A stretch of DNA of 64,000 nucleotides, taken from IMG/VR virus record IMGVR_UViG_3300025840_000014. One strand, written 5' to 3'. Every line of letters starts with the position of its first letter. The stretch's first letter is position 1. Positions 47,601-57,812 of this stretch are shown piece by piece. The translations under genes and the position numbers were made by a program. This DNA is from an uncultured virus (IMG/VR IMGVR_UViG_3300025840_000014) (taxonomy: Duplodnaviria; Heunggongvirae; Uroviricota; Caudoviricetes). The notes under the pieces were generated by a model. That model saw nothing but the letters and a program-made list of their open reading frames with translations, did not search any database and was not told where the DNA came from.

Positions 47601-48924
47601 TCAAACCGAATCCGGTGTTCGGATCGAAGGCGTTCGGCACCATCTCGCCATCTGTGCTCCAGAAATCGTCGATGGTTTCTTCTGGCCCACGTGGACGGAA
47701 CTGGAGTCTCCGGATTTGCCCGACGGATTCTGAACCTTCGTAAAACTCTTGTAGAACGCCTTCGAGGAATCCGCCCATCACTTCTTCGTGACGCTTGGCG
47801 AGTTCTAGCGCAGCGTCATCGTCGCCACCAGTCCACTCGCGGTACTGCGATTGAATGACCTGACGCATGTTGTCAAGATTTTCTTGCAGCGACTTGCTGT
47901 CATCCCACAGGGATTCACCACCGGTGATGCCGGTAAACAACTCCGAGAAATCGACATCCCAGCGGTCGGTTTCTTTAAGTTTTGACAGCGTGTCCCAAAG
48001 GTGCGCGTTGTTGTCCGTGTCAGTCGTTGCACCGACCATCGCCTGCAACGACTTGATTGCATCTTCGGTGTCTTTTTTGCGTTGATCGAAAACGTGACGT
48101 GGTGCGAGCATTTCGCTAGCCGCAGCCATCGCTCGCCTGTTCGCTTGGAACTCTGGATCATCTTCAGGGTCACGATCCATTTGCTGAGCAAGACGCCCGG
48201 CAGCGGCATAGTTGTTAAACCATCCCCTCATCCGGCCGAGTGCACGCAAAGAACTAACTGGAGGAACGAAACAGTTTGTGCCGAACTCGTCGGTGAACTG
48301 GTTGGCTGCTGGCGTGCCGGGAGGGCACCTGAATTTACCGTTTTCGTCGGTGATGACCCCGATGGCGCTAGCGGCACGTGACGCCAAGTTGCCTCCGGGC
48401 ACCATTCTGCCCAGCGAGCGCCCCAAACCTTTGACCGAGACTTCCTGCTCAGAACCTTCGAGACGTCCACCTGTACGGGGGTCAATGTCGTAGGTCCGGA
48501 TACGGACTTTTGGTCGACGCTTTTTCCAAGCCATCGCTTCATCCATCAAGCGTTTTTGTTGGCTTGGTGTAGTTGGCGTTGGCGGGTCGACCCAACCGAA
48601 GTTTGGCTTGTCCGACGACTTTAAGGTGTCTTTGGCGCTGACATGGAGTTTGAGAACCTGACCCGGCTTCTTCTTAGCATTGGGCGCATATCGAAGTTCG
48701 GGGATGCGTTCAGCAACGCCTCCACTGGTCCGTTTTTCGGACTCTTTTCCGCCACCCGTTTGAGCCTCGTTGAGGGCCTTGGCCGAAAAGTTGGCGTCGA
48801 GTTCAGTTTTGCTGGAGATTAGAGCCGTGTTAAGACGAAAGATCGAGCCGATCTCTTCGTAGTTACGGCGAGGCTGAAGAACTCGATCTGAGAGTATGTG
48901 TCTTGTGGCTCGGGTGTGGGCCAT
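41659..48924 (-). CDS. 2421-aa polyvalent protein (zincin, degenerate ART/VIP2-like, DUF3626-like, ART-like domains)
   Basis: RCPPGTPAANQFTD; HETGH...EGLTE; YLPAGSKG...IILPPG; PVFG...FGNIEMVLRPEVSHRTGYGLGD; SRGG...GVDGAGVYFA. Confidence 0.8.
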   Translation of the reverse strand: MAHTRATRHILSDRVLQPRRNYEEIGSIFRLNTALISSKTELDANFSAKALNEAQTGGGKESEKRTSGGVAERIPELRYAPNAKKKPGQVLKLHVSAKDTLKSSDKPNFGWVDPPTPTTPSQQKRLMDEAMAWKKRRPKVRIRTYDIDPRTGGRLEGSEQEVSVKGLGRSLGRMVPGGNLASRAASAIGVITDENGKFRCPPGTPAANQFTDEFGTNCFVPPVSSLRALGRMRGWFNNYAAAGRLAQQMDRDPEDDPEFQANRRAMAAASEMLAPRHVFDQRKKDTEDAIKSLQAMVGATTDTDNNAHLWDTLSKLKETDRWDVDFSELFTGITGGESLWDDSKSLQENLDNMRQVIQSQYREWTGGDDDAALELAKRHEEVMGGFLEGVLQEFYEGSESVGQIRRLQFRPRGPEETIDDFWSTDGEMVPNAFDPNTGFGLTMQFNPTAMTLRPIIENGSFREMTDGKYVVVDTDAIGSEPEQWAEIASMMRGQIDLERWRDVFATDLSTARHESIRAAGRHLAFHETGHAHQYLAARKAILDHHKSVGHMVLIDRDGNAVRVTDPPDQWTNEMWHGALNQMMKGELPDGHVPQGFPPVGIHAFEGSMLHILSGRYYQELVQTYWGPDGRGPQDRSIAAVALMEGLTELRALKKMGVIDSDLVDEFTGWMDGPDKPGVITRPPTPPRVDPPGAPDVNPPNSPPTPDSEKNVGVIPHGIAWGIDAETGEVFPSQEPFAMMERYFISRFGGRPDDKRGGSQEIPRQAIARQWGWPDTSYAQMSPETLDKRFEKLRDDAEAIMSRIRGGEEVSLDDRTRLWLATKGMAQISDENARRINASDAQRADRDSRFQRNEPGKYFRSGGKKPYKRNQREGVDEIWDETELREEMRKLENAIPQLYPDVPRWTTDPDGYGAEQSQKARRKMTRRERDAMSKSLEDLNTGAVFGGASLEELLKTHANRTAAGKPSRSPSETVTEDVLPLLDAMDSNVLEEAVEATILLDDPDTMLHPLLDPSFDRRPLVRPYGQNYDPKSADLYKKTGVFEGVLSTPESKSDLDFDGGSSAGGLKSARVYLPAGSKGLFRENEDSGEMTSIILPPGDLKLIDGDNGDIPIFTPARQESAADYADRILRDLDAMGPATSLSERRERDRLKAVLEPRRKPSGQARLSPHSDDPAVRHRMESKRNALSKRFRDSKIEPFNINRSPSKRPDELDVDKTFDNGVAAARRGLSSNGETIDFTPEARDYIDRYGPDAASNVVGEAAQTWHDAIDKRPRVHMAADEFDEMAYTGLFPHPSNGQTAEVAQNFGWSDISPNESLPVFGTMAHANHDDKLDMLLAELDVPGKGFPARRRREFLNAGDRNPAGDRSLFGNIEMVLRPEVSHRTGYGLGDITHRVGMPVLVNEKNGDDIMRGLVSAKRNGRANSFESGKNFANLLNAGVSGNYDGMQHRSMKDGPLDAPDYAIESAIAGGFDFEEVEGIIIPVESLGSIGGLRSSRMFDSSQDWETTLSKSSGWAPEEIEFLKTALLDGTFDKVEAANLLRQHITAADNKAMWDRMGMNVRYTNKNGIDLFNKGDLTAFSDSGARIGRVRSPEEALRIRVGDEIMSRQQELRPAVQQGMKSIRRRAQEMLGERVTSEATSRIGGLGRRIRQREVPHSGVQAVGSRLLNSDQAERLFRRAGLDSNDIDNIRFVGEMAAAFGTSGPAGVGLVLARRGSREAIELGVQKAVEQGWLTDTQARRIMRAADTVAPEGLPDEITAAIGDTARDVWDSAAADKARALGEAAAQRVRELDIVDRGMDVFDSARDRILGRGSEPDTPALPASSGTWDPFGGMASRRGSIRSEVPALRGENPEQLRRLGLDMSHNPDSIDQTYYQNIVDIAGDIRLPDPWGEGQGKTIRESFTQTNYKDETYFSSYSGDLDYAIEAVQASDLSDEDKARVVEDLQTVKGLSQLAGVGMSTSKPPGRSRDPFGDDGPEAEFVPPTAEQLDQQIDEIFDSMPESFFENFGSVLADFQKRKETRERREKTQREVESELTRSEARIGYFRLLDENDVLDRTAPVGEATVARPHNPDHEPSVPDPDTLRSIDDLVQLSKDGMVVADSLLKPEHREELRKLLLENPRVKAALDLIRERVASGGYLDDDDIEVETRSGAYYAGRELVDALVHARGMDAAATLLTDDEIDVLRYVDGWTPVSRGGNPEMARRHIEGDGYPIGEGVDGAGVYFAVQGGTERMGINEHFDAAVYAGENGAVMQGVVSPSARFAGPNAIATQREAYRLEVQAGIPQNYSEGANPLLDLRRELVASGDTEMVEALDLMVGTASSDNNGEFPNGSAVIALLQGYDGLASYGSNSADNRVILYNRSAVLLSSNLLSADQYNELKPWEKLEVRAKALAEAHNLPVGLEGAERTEWILQETERRLGELG

Positions 48925-48946
48925 AGGGGGCCACTCTTTCCCGGCC

Positions 48947-50395
<1,449 letters not shown>

Positions 50396-50576
50396 CGTGC
50401 TTGGCTCCTTGTACCGCATATCTTTTAACACGCACCCTTTAGGGATAGTGCATCCACTACAGGGCATCATAGCCTTCTGGCCAGTCACCATGCAGAGGTA
50501 TTTCGGCTGTTTTTTCCGAGGACCGTTTGTCAAATTGTACCTTATACTGGGCTGCTTACGGGGAGTAGTCATAAAT

Positions 50577-53500
50577 TCAGGAGTTTGGAATCTGAACTTG
50601 ACGTCCTTGTGAGTTCGTCCGGCTCTGGGTACGACTCGTAATTTCTTCTGTTTCTTTTGAAATAAATGTCGAATAAGCCGCTTCTGATAGGCGTTCGATC
50701 ATTTCGGAGAACAAGTCGACACGTGAACCGCCAGTAGCCATTTGGCGATCAAGGGAGAACATCAAAGCGTCAAGAATTTGATCGGCTTCGTCGGCTGTGA
50801 CAGTCAATGTGCCAACATTCGTGCGCCGGTCTCCAAGTTTTCCGGATTCTTGACGTCTCAAGATTTTTTCCAGAAGTTCAAGCCCTCTCACGGTTTTGTC
50901 GTCACCGGCTGAACGTGCTTCACGAATCTCCCGAGACAGTGAGTCCTGCACCCGCTTAAAGAAGGTCGCTTCGTCGGTCATCTGTGTGCGGCCAGCCCTC
51001 TCCGATCGCATTCCTCGCGACGCATCGGCGTATTGGACCACTGATGGGGACGGGTTGTAATTACGGAATTGCTGCATGCCTCCGTCAGCAAGGAAGCGGG
51101 CTGCGTTTACGCCTGCGGTCGCAACATCATCTTCGCCAGCCCCACCAGCACGCACTGCCGCCGTGGTATCACCCTGCTCGATGAACGGGTCGTTTCTGTA
51201 GGAACCAGCGATATCTTCGAGCGTTGACAGCAACGCTTTTGCGGTTCTGACACTGGCGGACTCTTCGGCAGTGAGTTCTTCGCCACTCATATCGTCAATG
51301 AATCCTTCGAGCATCTCAGACATTGACTCGATCTGAGACATGGTCAAATTGTCAGAATCCTGCGCAACGTCTGCCATCTGACCCCAGAAATCGCGGTGGT
51401 CGTCAGATGCGTCGCCGATGTCTGCCGCATCGTTCGCATTGTTGAGTGCACGACCAATGCGGCGATCAATTTTGTCGAGGTCCTTCTTTCGCGCTGCCTC
51501 GGACTGCTCGCGAGTCCACGATTTTGCTGGCTCGTCCGGAGATTCAGTCTCTCCGGCGTCACGACTCCGGGAAGTTTGCGGAGCCGGTGACGGAGCGGCT
51601 GCAGTCTCGTTGCGAAGACGTTCCCGCCTTTCGCGACGAGAACGGTCACGTTCCGCTCTTTCCTCCGCCTTTAGAACTTCGTTCACAAGACGACGATGGT
51701 CAACTTCACGCAAACCACTCTTTGATGGGTGGAGGTTCGTGTACAACTCGTCGAACTTCTCATCTAGCGACATCATTTCCCAGTTCTCAGGCTTGACTTC
51801 AGACCATTTCTTGCCCTTGAAGCGGGTTTCTTCCTGCACAGTGCCCATCGGTCGACCGCGCTGCTTCTCTTTCCCGGTGTCAACGCCAATTGGCTGAGGT
51901 GCCCCACCAGACTCGTCACCTCGTTCAGAGCGCATGCCCCCACGGGCGTTCTCCAACATCGACCAGCCCTTGGGCGAAACTTGCTCGGGTTTCAAGCCAA
52001 CAAATCGTTCACGAACTTCAGGGCTCGCATCCGTCTGGCCCCAACCAAGCAGATCATTGAGATTACGCTTCGTTTTCCCAGAAGGCATAGCAACAGAGTT
52101 GGCGAAACCGCCACCCTTCTTCAGGCGGGGTGATTCGTAAGTTCCTTTTGGATCAAGTGCAGCGAAGTCCATTACCCGCTTGGCGTTCGCGAGCATTCCG
52201 ATCGGCCCAGAATCATCAGCGTTCTTCGCGAGTTCTCCGAACGCATCCATAATGCGATCCGCCTGATCTTTGGAAAGTTTGTCCGAAGAGCCGGCCAGCC
52301 AAGAGTCAAGTTCGGCAAATGGCTGGATGTCAGTGACAGCGTCGCCTGCCTTTTCCAAGGCGCGGCGCAAATCTCCACGCTCATCGTCGTTCAGACGGAT
52401 GGTGAGGCCGCCGTCTGGCACAGAGACACGAGAACGCATCCCGCCAACGTCGTTGATTTGCTGCGCGTTAGGCCGGAAACGAGTCGGGTTGTATTTGCCG
52501 TTCTTTGCCTTCTGCTTGATGTCACGCAGGATTTCGAGAGCATTCGTAACGGGGTCATCTTCTCGAAGTTGAGATGCAACTGCCCCTATGACTCGATCAA
52601 GATTTCCGAGACTGATACGTGGGCCTTTGGGGTCCATGAGGCTCTCGACAACAGCGTCCAAAACTTCGCGTGCCCCATCGGACATACCTGTTTGCTCTTC
52701 GGCGAAGTCGAGTAGGTCTTCTGCCAATTTGCGCACACTTCGGAACCCCATGCCAACACTGATGTCTTGGCCAGAAGCCTTCTTGGGTTTCCGTTGAGGT
52801 GTTTCTGCTTCGAGCGTTTCACGCGCTTTCTGCATGGCCTTGCGATCACCGGCTTCAAGTGGGCTCTTGTAGACGCGCTGCATGAATTCGCCGTCAGCGA
52901 ACCACTTCTGCAGTCCTTCGTCACCAATGACGTTTTCTTCCAGATCTTCCAAGTCTTCGCGCATCCGCTTAATGTCGTCTTGGATATCCATTCCGCGCGC
53001 CAACATGCCGAGCGCTTCGTCAAAATCGCGAGCCGGATCTCCGGATTCGATTTCCTCAGCATCAAAATTGTCGCGGATGAATTGCTCGGCGCGCTCCCTG
53101 CCGCCTTCGCCCTTGAACCTTTCGGCGAATTCCTCGGCGTCCATTTTCAAGAACTGCGCCATGTTGCGAAGATCTTCTTCGATGCCTTCGGCTTCGTCGT
53201 CGAGACGTTCGATTTCATCCATGATTCGTTCGCGACTGTCAACCATTCGGCTGTACTCGCTTACCAAATCATCGACAGCGTCTGCGTTGTCTTGGATCTG
53301 CGCGTAACGGTTGCGCCAGCGATCTGTTTCAACCAACTGCGCGAGAGTGTCGATGTCTTTTTTGTCGACCATCCCTTTCTGACCCATAATCCGAACCGCA
53401 TCAGCCTTGCTGATACCGATCGCGTCAAGTTGGCCATCATCGGCCAGCGACTGGATCATGGAGAGAGCATCGAAGTTTTTGCGGCTGCCGGTGAACTGAA

Positions 53501-55466
53501 CTGCGTCTTCCACGGCTTCCTGCACTCTGGCGATGGCGTCGTTAACTTCTTGCTTTTTCTCCTGTGGGCTCATCCGCTCAAAGTACGATGGCCCCCGCAT
53601 CCGGCTGGCGCGCATCCCGTCCTGAATAGCGTCAACGGCTTGTCCGACTCCGGGCGTGGCAGGACGCTCGAAAGGCGTACCTTCCTGCACCAGACCGTCT
53701 TCGTCACCATCGATTGCGTTTGGATCGAAACGTGCGGTCAGCCCCCGCAGGGACCTAAGCGCTTTTTTTGAACCACCACCCAGAAGGGTGTCGAGGTTCT
53801 GCGTGGCCACATGTAGGGCATCTAGGAATTCGTCTGTCGCGCCGTATGGGAAGGTGATCCCCTCCTCGGTAACTTCGGCCTGCACGTCGTGGTACTCAAT
53901 AATCGGATCGAGCGCCGACTTGACAGCGAAAGCATTTTCGGGCGGACATTCGATAACAACACGCATCGGATCTTCTTTGGACTCGATGTCACCCATGTCG
54001 ATATCAAGAAGTTCCATCATCTCGTCGAGCGCATCTTTTTCGTCATCTTTTGGACGCGATTGGTATACGTCTGCCATTGACGGCTCGTACTCGTCGCGCG
54101 CATATGCACGGCTGGTCGTGTTGCTGGTTACACGCATCGGCATTGACGGCATCTGGGAAGGCACAACGACGTTGCGCGGATTCATCGGCTGCCATGACAT
54201 CTGCGGCATGACTCTCTCCGGTTTGCCGAACATGTACTGGCTTGTCTCGCGATCCCAGTGATAAGGAAGGCGGTAGAACTTCTTGCCACCATCGTTGGTC
54301 TTCTTGGCGAAGATCACAATGTTTTCCGTTGCGGAAATGACTTTGATTGGCGCCGGAACTCGGGAAGCGATTTCCATCTCTAGAGCGTTGCGCTTTTCTG
54401 GGCTGATTGCCTGCGCTTCACCTTCAGCGAAAATTGGTTCCCGGCTAGGGTTGTCTTCTCGGCGGGCAGGTGGCTGCCAGCCATGACCCTTTTCCTCGAA
54501 CTCGTGAATGTCTTCGATTCCCCACCATTCGTTGTCTGACTTGATTTCAGCGAACTCGGCTTCGAACAGCGACTCGATCTCTGACCAGTCGTCGATGATC
54601 TCGTCCCACTGAGCATCTTTTTTCTTTTTGCTGTTTTCGTAACGCTCAAGAAGACGGCGTCCCTTTGCTGCAAGTTTGGCGGCGTCACTGCGGTTCTGCG
54701 GAACTGGCTCCCCCCACGCGGCAGCAGACAACGCAAGACGGGTCGGTTTGCCGTTTGGCTTCTTCATTGGGCCTGAAGGGTTGGTGAAGAATCTCGTCAG
54801 GAATGAGCCTTTGCGTCGCATTTTCTGCGGCGTGTCGGCGGCACCGCGAACACCGGGTTTCAGGTTCGCGCCTTCAGTCCGGTTGTAGTGGGCTCTGCCA
54901 GCGGCGGTGAGGCCGCCTTTGGGATCTTTTTTGGGTTTTTTCGCTGACTTAATGCTGATAGTTCCGGTCAACTGGTTGGCGCCGTGCAGAACCGGGCTGA
55001 CTTCGTACAACTCAACTTCCTTGAGGACGTTGGCCTGCTTGGAGGGGTCGAACACCGCGTCAAGCGTTTTGTATCCGATTGACCATTCTTGTTCGAGTCC
55101 GAAGAACTGAACGTTTGCGAACGCTTCGCGACCCTTTTCTGAGTTCAGGTTGAACTGAACCTTTGCGTAGAGACCGCCAATTCCAGCGGCTTTCATCTTT
55201 GCTGGGAGGCGCGGGTCGGATGCAGGAACTTCATAGATTTCGAGCACCTTGCCGATGGGATCGTTCCAGTTGTGCCCCCAGACGACGCGAGGTTTGCGAC
55301 GCTTCAGGCTGCCGTTGAAGGCACCCGAGGCGCAGATGTCGCCCACGCTGTCTTTGTTGCCGATGCCTGCTACGAAGGCTTCGACAATGCCTTTGGACTT
55401 ATTTACGGAAACCTGCCCTGCTGGGGCGGCCTTGAAGTCCATGTCATCAAGATTGGCGTCTGGCAT
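50577..55466 (-). CDS. HK97-family prohead protease fused to a ~1450-aa modular extension
   Basis: N-terminal KDSVGD...GAF, WGHNW..PIGK, WSIGY, LYEVSPVLHGAN; then DUF6321-like KGGLTAAGR...; DGDEDG tag; GMRS linkers. Confidence 0.9.
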   Translation of the reverse strand: MPDANLDDMDFKAAPAGQVSVNKSKGIVEAFVAGIGNKDSVGDICASGAFNGSLKRRKPRVVWGHNWNDPIGKVLEIYEVPASDPRLPAKMKAAGIGGLYAKVQFNLNSEKGREAFANVQFFGLEQEWSIGYKTLDAVFDPSKQANVLKEVELYEVSPVLHGANQLTGTISIKSAKKPKKDPKGGLTAAGRAHYNRTEGANLKPGVRGAADTPQKMRRKGSFLTRFFTNPSGPMKKPNGKPTRLALSAAAWGEPVPQNRSDAAKLAAKGRRLLERYENSKKKKDAQWDEIIDDWSEIESLFEAEFAEIKSDNEWWGIEDIHEFEEKGHGWQPPARREDNPSREPIFAEGEAQAISPEKRNALEMEIASRVPAPIKVISATENIVIFAKKTNDGGKKFYRLPYHWDRETSQYMFGKPERVMPQMSWQPMNPRNVVVPSQMPSMPMRVTSNTTSRAYARDEYEPSMADVYQSRPKDDEKDALDEMMELLDIDMGDIESKEDPMRVVIECPPENAFAVKSALDPIIEYHDVQAEVTEEGITFPYGATDEFLDALHVATQNLDTLLGGGSKKALRSLRGLTARFDPNAIDGDEDGLVQEGTPFERPATPGVGQAVDAIQDGMRASRMRGPSYFERMSPQEKKQEVNDAIARVQEAVEDAVQFTGSRKNFDALSMIQSLADDGQLDAIGISKADAVRIMGQKGMVDKKDIDTLAQLVETDRWRNRYAQIQDNADAVDDLVSEYSRMVDSRERIMDEIERLDDEAEGIEEDLRNMAQFLKMDAEEFAERFKGEGGRERAEQFIRDNFDAEEIESGDPARDFDEALGMLARGMDIQDDIKRMREDLEDLEENVIGDEGLQKWFADGEFMQRVYKSPLEAGDRKAMQKARETLEAETPQRKPKKASGQDISVGMGFRSVRKLAEDLLDFAEEQTGMSDGAREVLDAVVESLMDPKGPRISLGNLDRVIGAVASQLREDDPVTNALEILRDIKQKAKNGKYNPTRFRPNAQQINDVGGMRSRVSVPDGGLTIRLNDDERGDLRRALEKAGDAVTDIQPFAELDSWLAGSSDKLSKDQADRIMDAFGELAKNADDSGPIGMLANAKRVMDFAALDPKGTYESPRLKKGGGFANSVAMPSGKTKRNLNDLLGWGQTDASPEVRERFVGLKPEQVSPKGWSMLENARGGMRSERGDESGGAPQPIGVDTGKEKQRGRPMGTVQEETRFKGKKWSEVKPENWEMMSLDEKFDELYTNLHPSKSGLREVDHRRLVNEVLKAEERAERDRSRRERRERLRNETAAAPSPAPQTSRSRDAGETESPDEPAKSWTREQSEAARKKDLDKIDRRIGRALNNANDAADIGDASDDHRDFWGQMADVAQDSDNLTMSQIESMSEMLEGFIDDMSGEELTAEESASVRTAKALLSTLEDIAGSYRNDPFIEQGDTTAAVRAGGAGEDDVATAGVNAARFLADGGMQQFRNYNPSPSVVQYADASRGMRSERAGRTQMTDEATFFKRVQDSLSREIREARSAGDDKTVRGLELLEKILRRQESGKLGDRRTNVGTLTVTADEADQILDALMFSLDRQMATGGSRVDLFSEMIERLSEAAYSTFISKETEEITSRTQSRTNSQGRQVQIPNS

Positions 55467-55562
55467 AGCAAAATCCTTCCGTCGCTGTTACTTATGATAA
55501 ACGACGTATGGCTTGCAGCCGGTAACTATTGTGCCGATTTGTGGCAGTTTACGTAAACCTAC

Positions 55563-57554
55563 TTAGAATTTACGGAAACGGTATGCCCTGCGTGTCTCGG
55601 CAGTTGCAATCTGCTGAGGCAATCTCGCCAACAGGTGTGTGAAATGCGTGATAATTGCCGCTTTGAAAACGGTTTGGCGGATGTCTGGGTCAGCGATTGA
55701 GAACGCCTGATTGACCTGTTTTGTCAATTCCTGCTGCGACTCGTCAATATTAGCCTTGATTCTAGCCATAGCGGCTTGAGCGGAAACAAGGAGGTCTTCC
55801 TTGAATTCTGCCGACTTCTCGCCAAGGCCATCCTGCATGATCGACTTAATAATCGGCAGCAGATCTTCGTCGTACTGCTTAGACCAAACATCGGCAGGCA
55901 TGAACATTTCCACGTCTAAAGTGCCGTCCATCAGTGCTTTCCGGCATTTTTGACCAAAGGCCTTCTCGACGACAACCCGCTGCTGGCGCTCCAAAAGGCG
56001 CTCGGTTGCGCGCTCCATGATCTGAGTCCAACGCTCAATGTCAGCGTCCTCGGCATCCTTGGTCTCAACGTTCTTGAACGCGGGATCTGCGGCCATAGCC
56101 ATTTGTGGCTCCGGCTGAGGTGCTGCTGGCGCACCACCTTGTTCTGCTGCGAGAGCACCCTGCATGGTGTTGGGATCAAGTGGTTGCTGAGGTGCAGCGT
56201 CTCCCAAACCGCCCATTTCTGGAGGCGGCGCCGCTTCAGCGCCGGGCGCGCCGGGCATCCCGGGAGCGCCACCGGGCCCACCCATTTGCATTTCCGGCTT
56301 CGGCATCTCTTTTTCGGTGTTGGCGATCGGCGTCAAGTTCGGGTTCATCAACAACGAATCGGCAAGATCTGACTTGACCTTCTTTTTACCGGTTCGCTCC
56401 CGATACTCGTTGGGGCTAATGAGGCCTTGCTGGAGTTCGTTGAGTAGGAACTGTTCACGCTCCTGCTTATAAATCACGAGAATTGGCACTTCGGATGTGT
56501 CGAAATCGACGTAGTGGTCCGGGTCCAGTTCGTCGAGCGCACGGGCAAGAGGCTCCAAATGCGGCATCATCGTCTCGATCCAGAAAACACGGATTTCCTC
56601 AGCGGCGTTCGAGAAAGTCCTGCCAGCAGCGTTGCCAATCACGGACTCAGGTACACCAAAGGAGGCGAGAATTTCCTCTTTGGTGATCTGGCGCATCTGA
56701 ATGTAGGCTGCATCTCGTGGATTCGAGGAAGTGTCGACGTAATCAACGCCGTCATCCGCCGCAAGAACTGTGGTTCCACCTACGCGACCAAGGTTCCCAC
56801 GGAAGCGGTTGGCCAATTCTGCTTTGTCCTCATTGTCGATCTCGCCTTTGAGAACGAGGATCCCACCCGGGCGTCCATCATTGAGCAGATAGTTGCGGTT
56901 GTACAACTTCGCGAGGTTTTCAATCTCAATCGCCACGCCTGCAGATTCCATTGGGGTCAGCGATAGGTACGGGTCCAGCGGGTGGGGCCGACGGATCCAG
57001 ACGACATCATCCGGTTTCATGATGATTTTTTCGCCTGTAGGCATCAGGACTTCGTATCCCGCCACGAAATTTCGAGGGTCAGGGATTGGGGATGTGTGTT
57101 GAGGCGGCAGCAGGTTGAGCCCAATAAGGCGGCCATCGCGCCCTCTCACCTTCTCAATGAACGCCCCTCGGGTGCTCATCAGCAATTGCGATGACAGACG
57201 GTAACGGAAGATGAATGAGTTTTCGCCGATGTTGCTTTTTGTGTTCAGAATGTCAAGCAACGCGTTATTTCGAGAATTTTTCTTGGTAACAATTTCGCCG
57301 TCAGGGTCATTATCTTTGCGCAGGATAATCGGCAGACGGGCTTGGTTACCGGCGATCGCGTCGATGCAACGTGAGACCCAAACAACCTTCTGCATGCCTT
57401 CTCGGTATGCCCGCTCGATGTCCCATGGGTCCTTGTAACCGACACCGGCGCGTGTGTAGTTAGGGTTGTTAGCAATTGGCGCACCTACGCCAACTCTTGC
57501 CGCTTTGGATGAATCGCTCCCGAGCGACTTATTGTCTGATGAGTTCCATGCCAT
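55563..57554 (-). CDS. portal protein (HK97 family)
   Basis: VSRCIDAIA, GLNLLPP, YLLNDGRPGGIL, EEILASFGVP, ISPNEYR. Confidence 0.92.
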   Translation of the reverse strand: MAWNSSDNKSLGSDSSKAARVGVGAPIANNPNYTRAGVGYKDPWDIERAYREGMQKVVWVSRCIDAIAGNQARLPIILRKDNDPDGEIVTKKNSRNNALLDILNTKSNIGENSFIFRYRLSSQLLMSTRGAFIEKVRGRDGRLIGLNLLPPQHTSPIPDPRNFVAGYEVLMPTGEKIIMKPDDVVWIRRPHPLDPYLSLTPMESAGVAIEIENLAKLYNRNYLLNDGRPGGILVLKGEIDNEDKAELANRFRGNLGRVGGTTVLAADDGVDYVDTSSNPRDAAYIQMRQITKEEILASFGVPESVIGNAAGRTFSNAAEEIRVFWIETMMPHLEPLARALDELDPDHYVDFDTSEVPILVIYKQEREQFLLNELQQGLISPNEYRERTGKKKVKSDLADSLLMNPNLTPIANTEKEMPKPEMQMGGPGGAPGMPGAPGAEAAPPPEMGGLGDAAPQQPLDPNTMQGALAAEQGGAPAAPQPEPQMAMAADPAFKNVETKDAEDADIERWTQIMERATERLLERQQRVVVEKAFGQKCRKALMDGTLDVEMFMPADVWSKQYDEDLLPIIKSIMQDGLGEKSAEFKEDLLVSAQAAMARIKANIDESQQELTKQVNQAFSIADPDIRQTVFKAAIITHFTHLLARLPQQIATAETRRAYRFRKF

Positions 57555-57556
57555 AC

Positions 57557-57754
57557 TTACTCAAGTCCCAGCAAGAAGCCGAATATGCCGCTCGTAACAC
57601 CAGCGACAACCAACCCCCACCCCGCTGATGGGGCGACGAGGGCTACTCCGACGCTGGTAAGCACTATAAATAATAGCATCAGAACATTGACGACCCTTGT
57701 GCGAGGAAGCATTTGTCTGATTTTCCACGTGAGAGGAACACGCTGTTTGGGCAT
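57557..57754 (-). CDS. small two-TM membrane protein upstream of the portal
   Basis: Two hydrophobic helices. Confidence 0.7.
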   Translation of the reverse strand: MPKQRVPLTWKIRQMLPRTRVVNVLMLLFIVLTSVGVALVAPSAGWGLVVAGVTSGIFGFLLGLE

Positions 57755-57812
57755 GGTTTACAACTTAGCGCATTCTCAGCAAGTATTCTGTTAGTGGAAC
57801 CAAGGAGAGCCG

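Noticed and set aside
30775..48924. Giant ORFs as tape measure protein or virion RNA polymerase
   Set aside because: No TM/Ala-rich periodic repeats or neighbouring tail genes; DGDxDG lies in a short repeated tag and lacks the DFDGD polymerase context
50396..50572. N-terminal extension of the 541-aa ORF
   Set aside because: An AAGGAG RBS before ATG 50395 favours the shorter start, though the Cys-rich extension is not excluded
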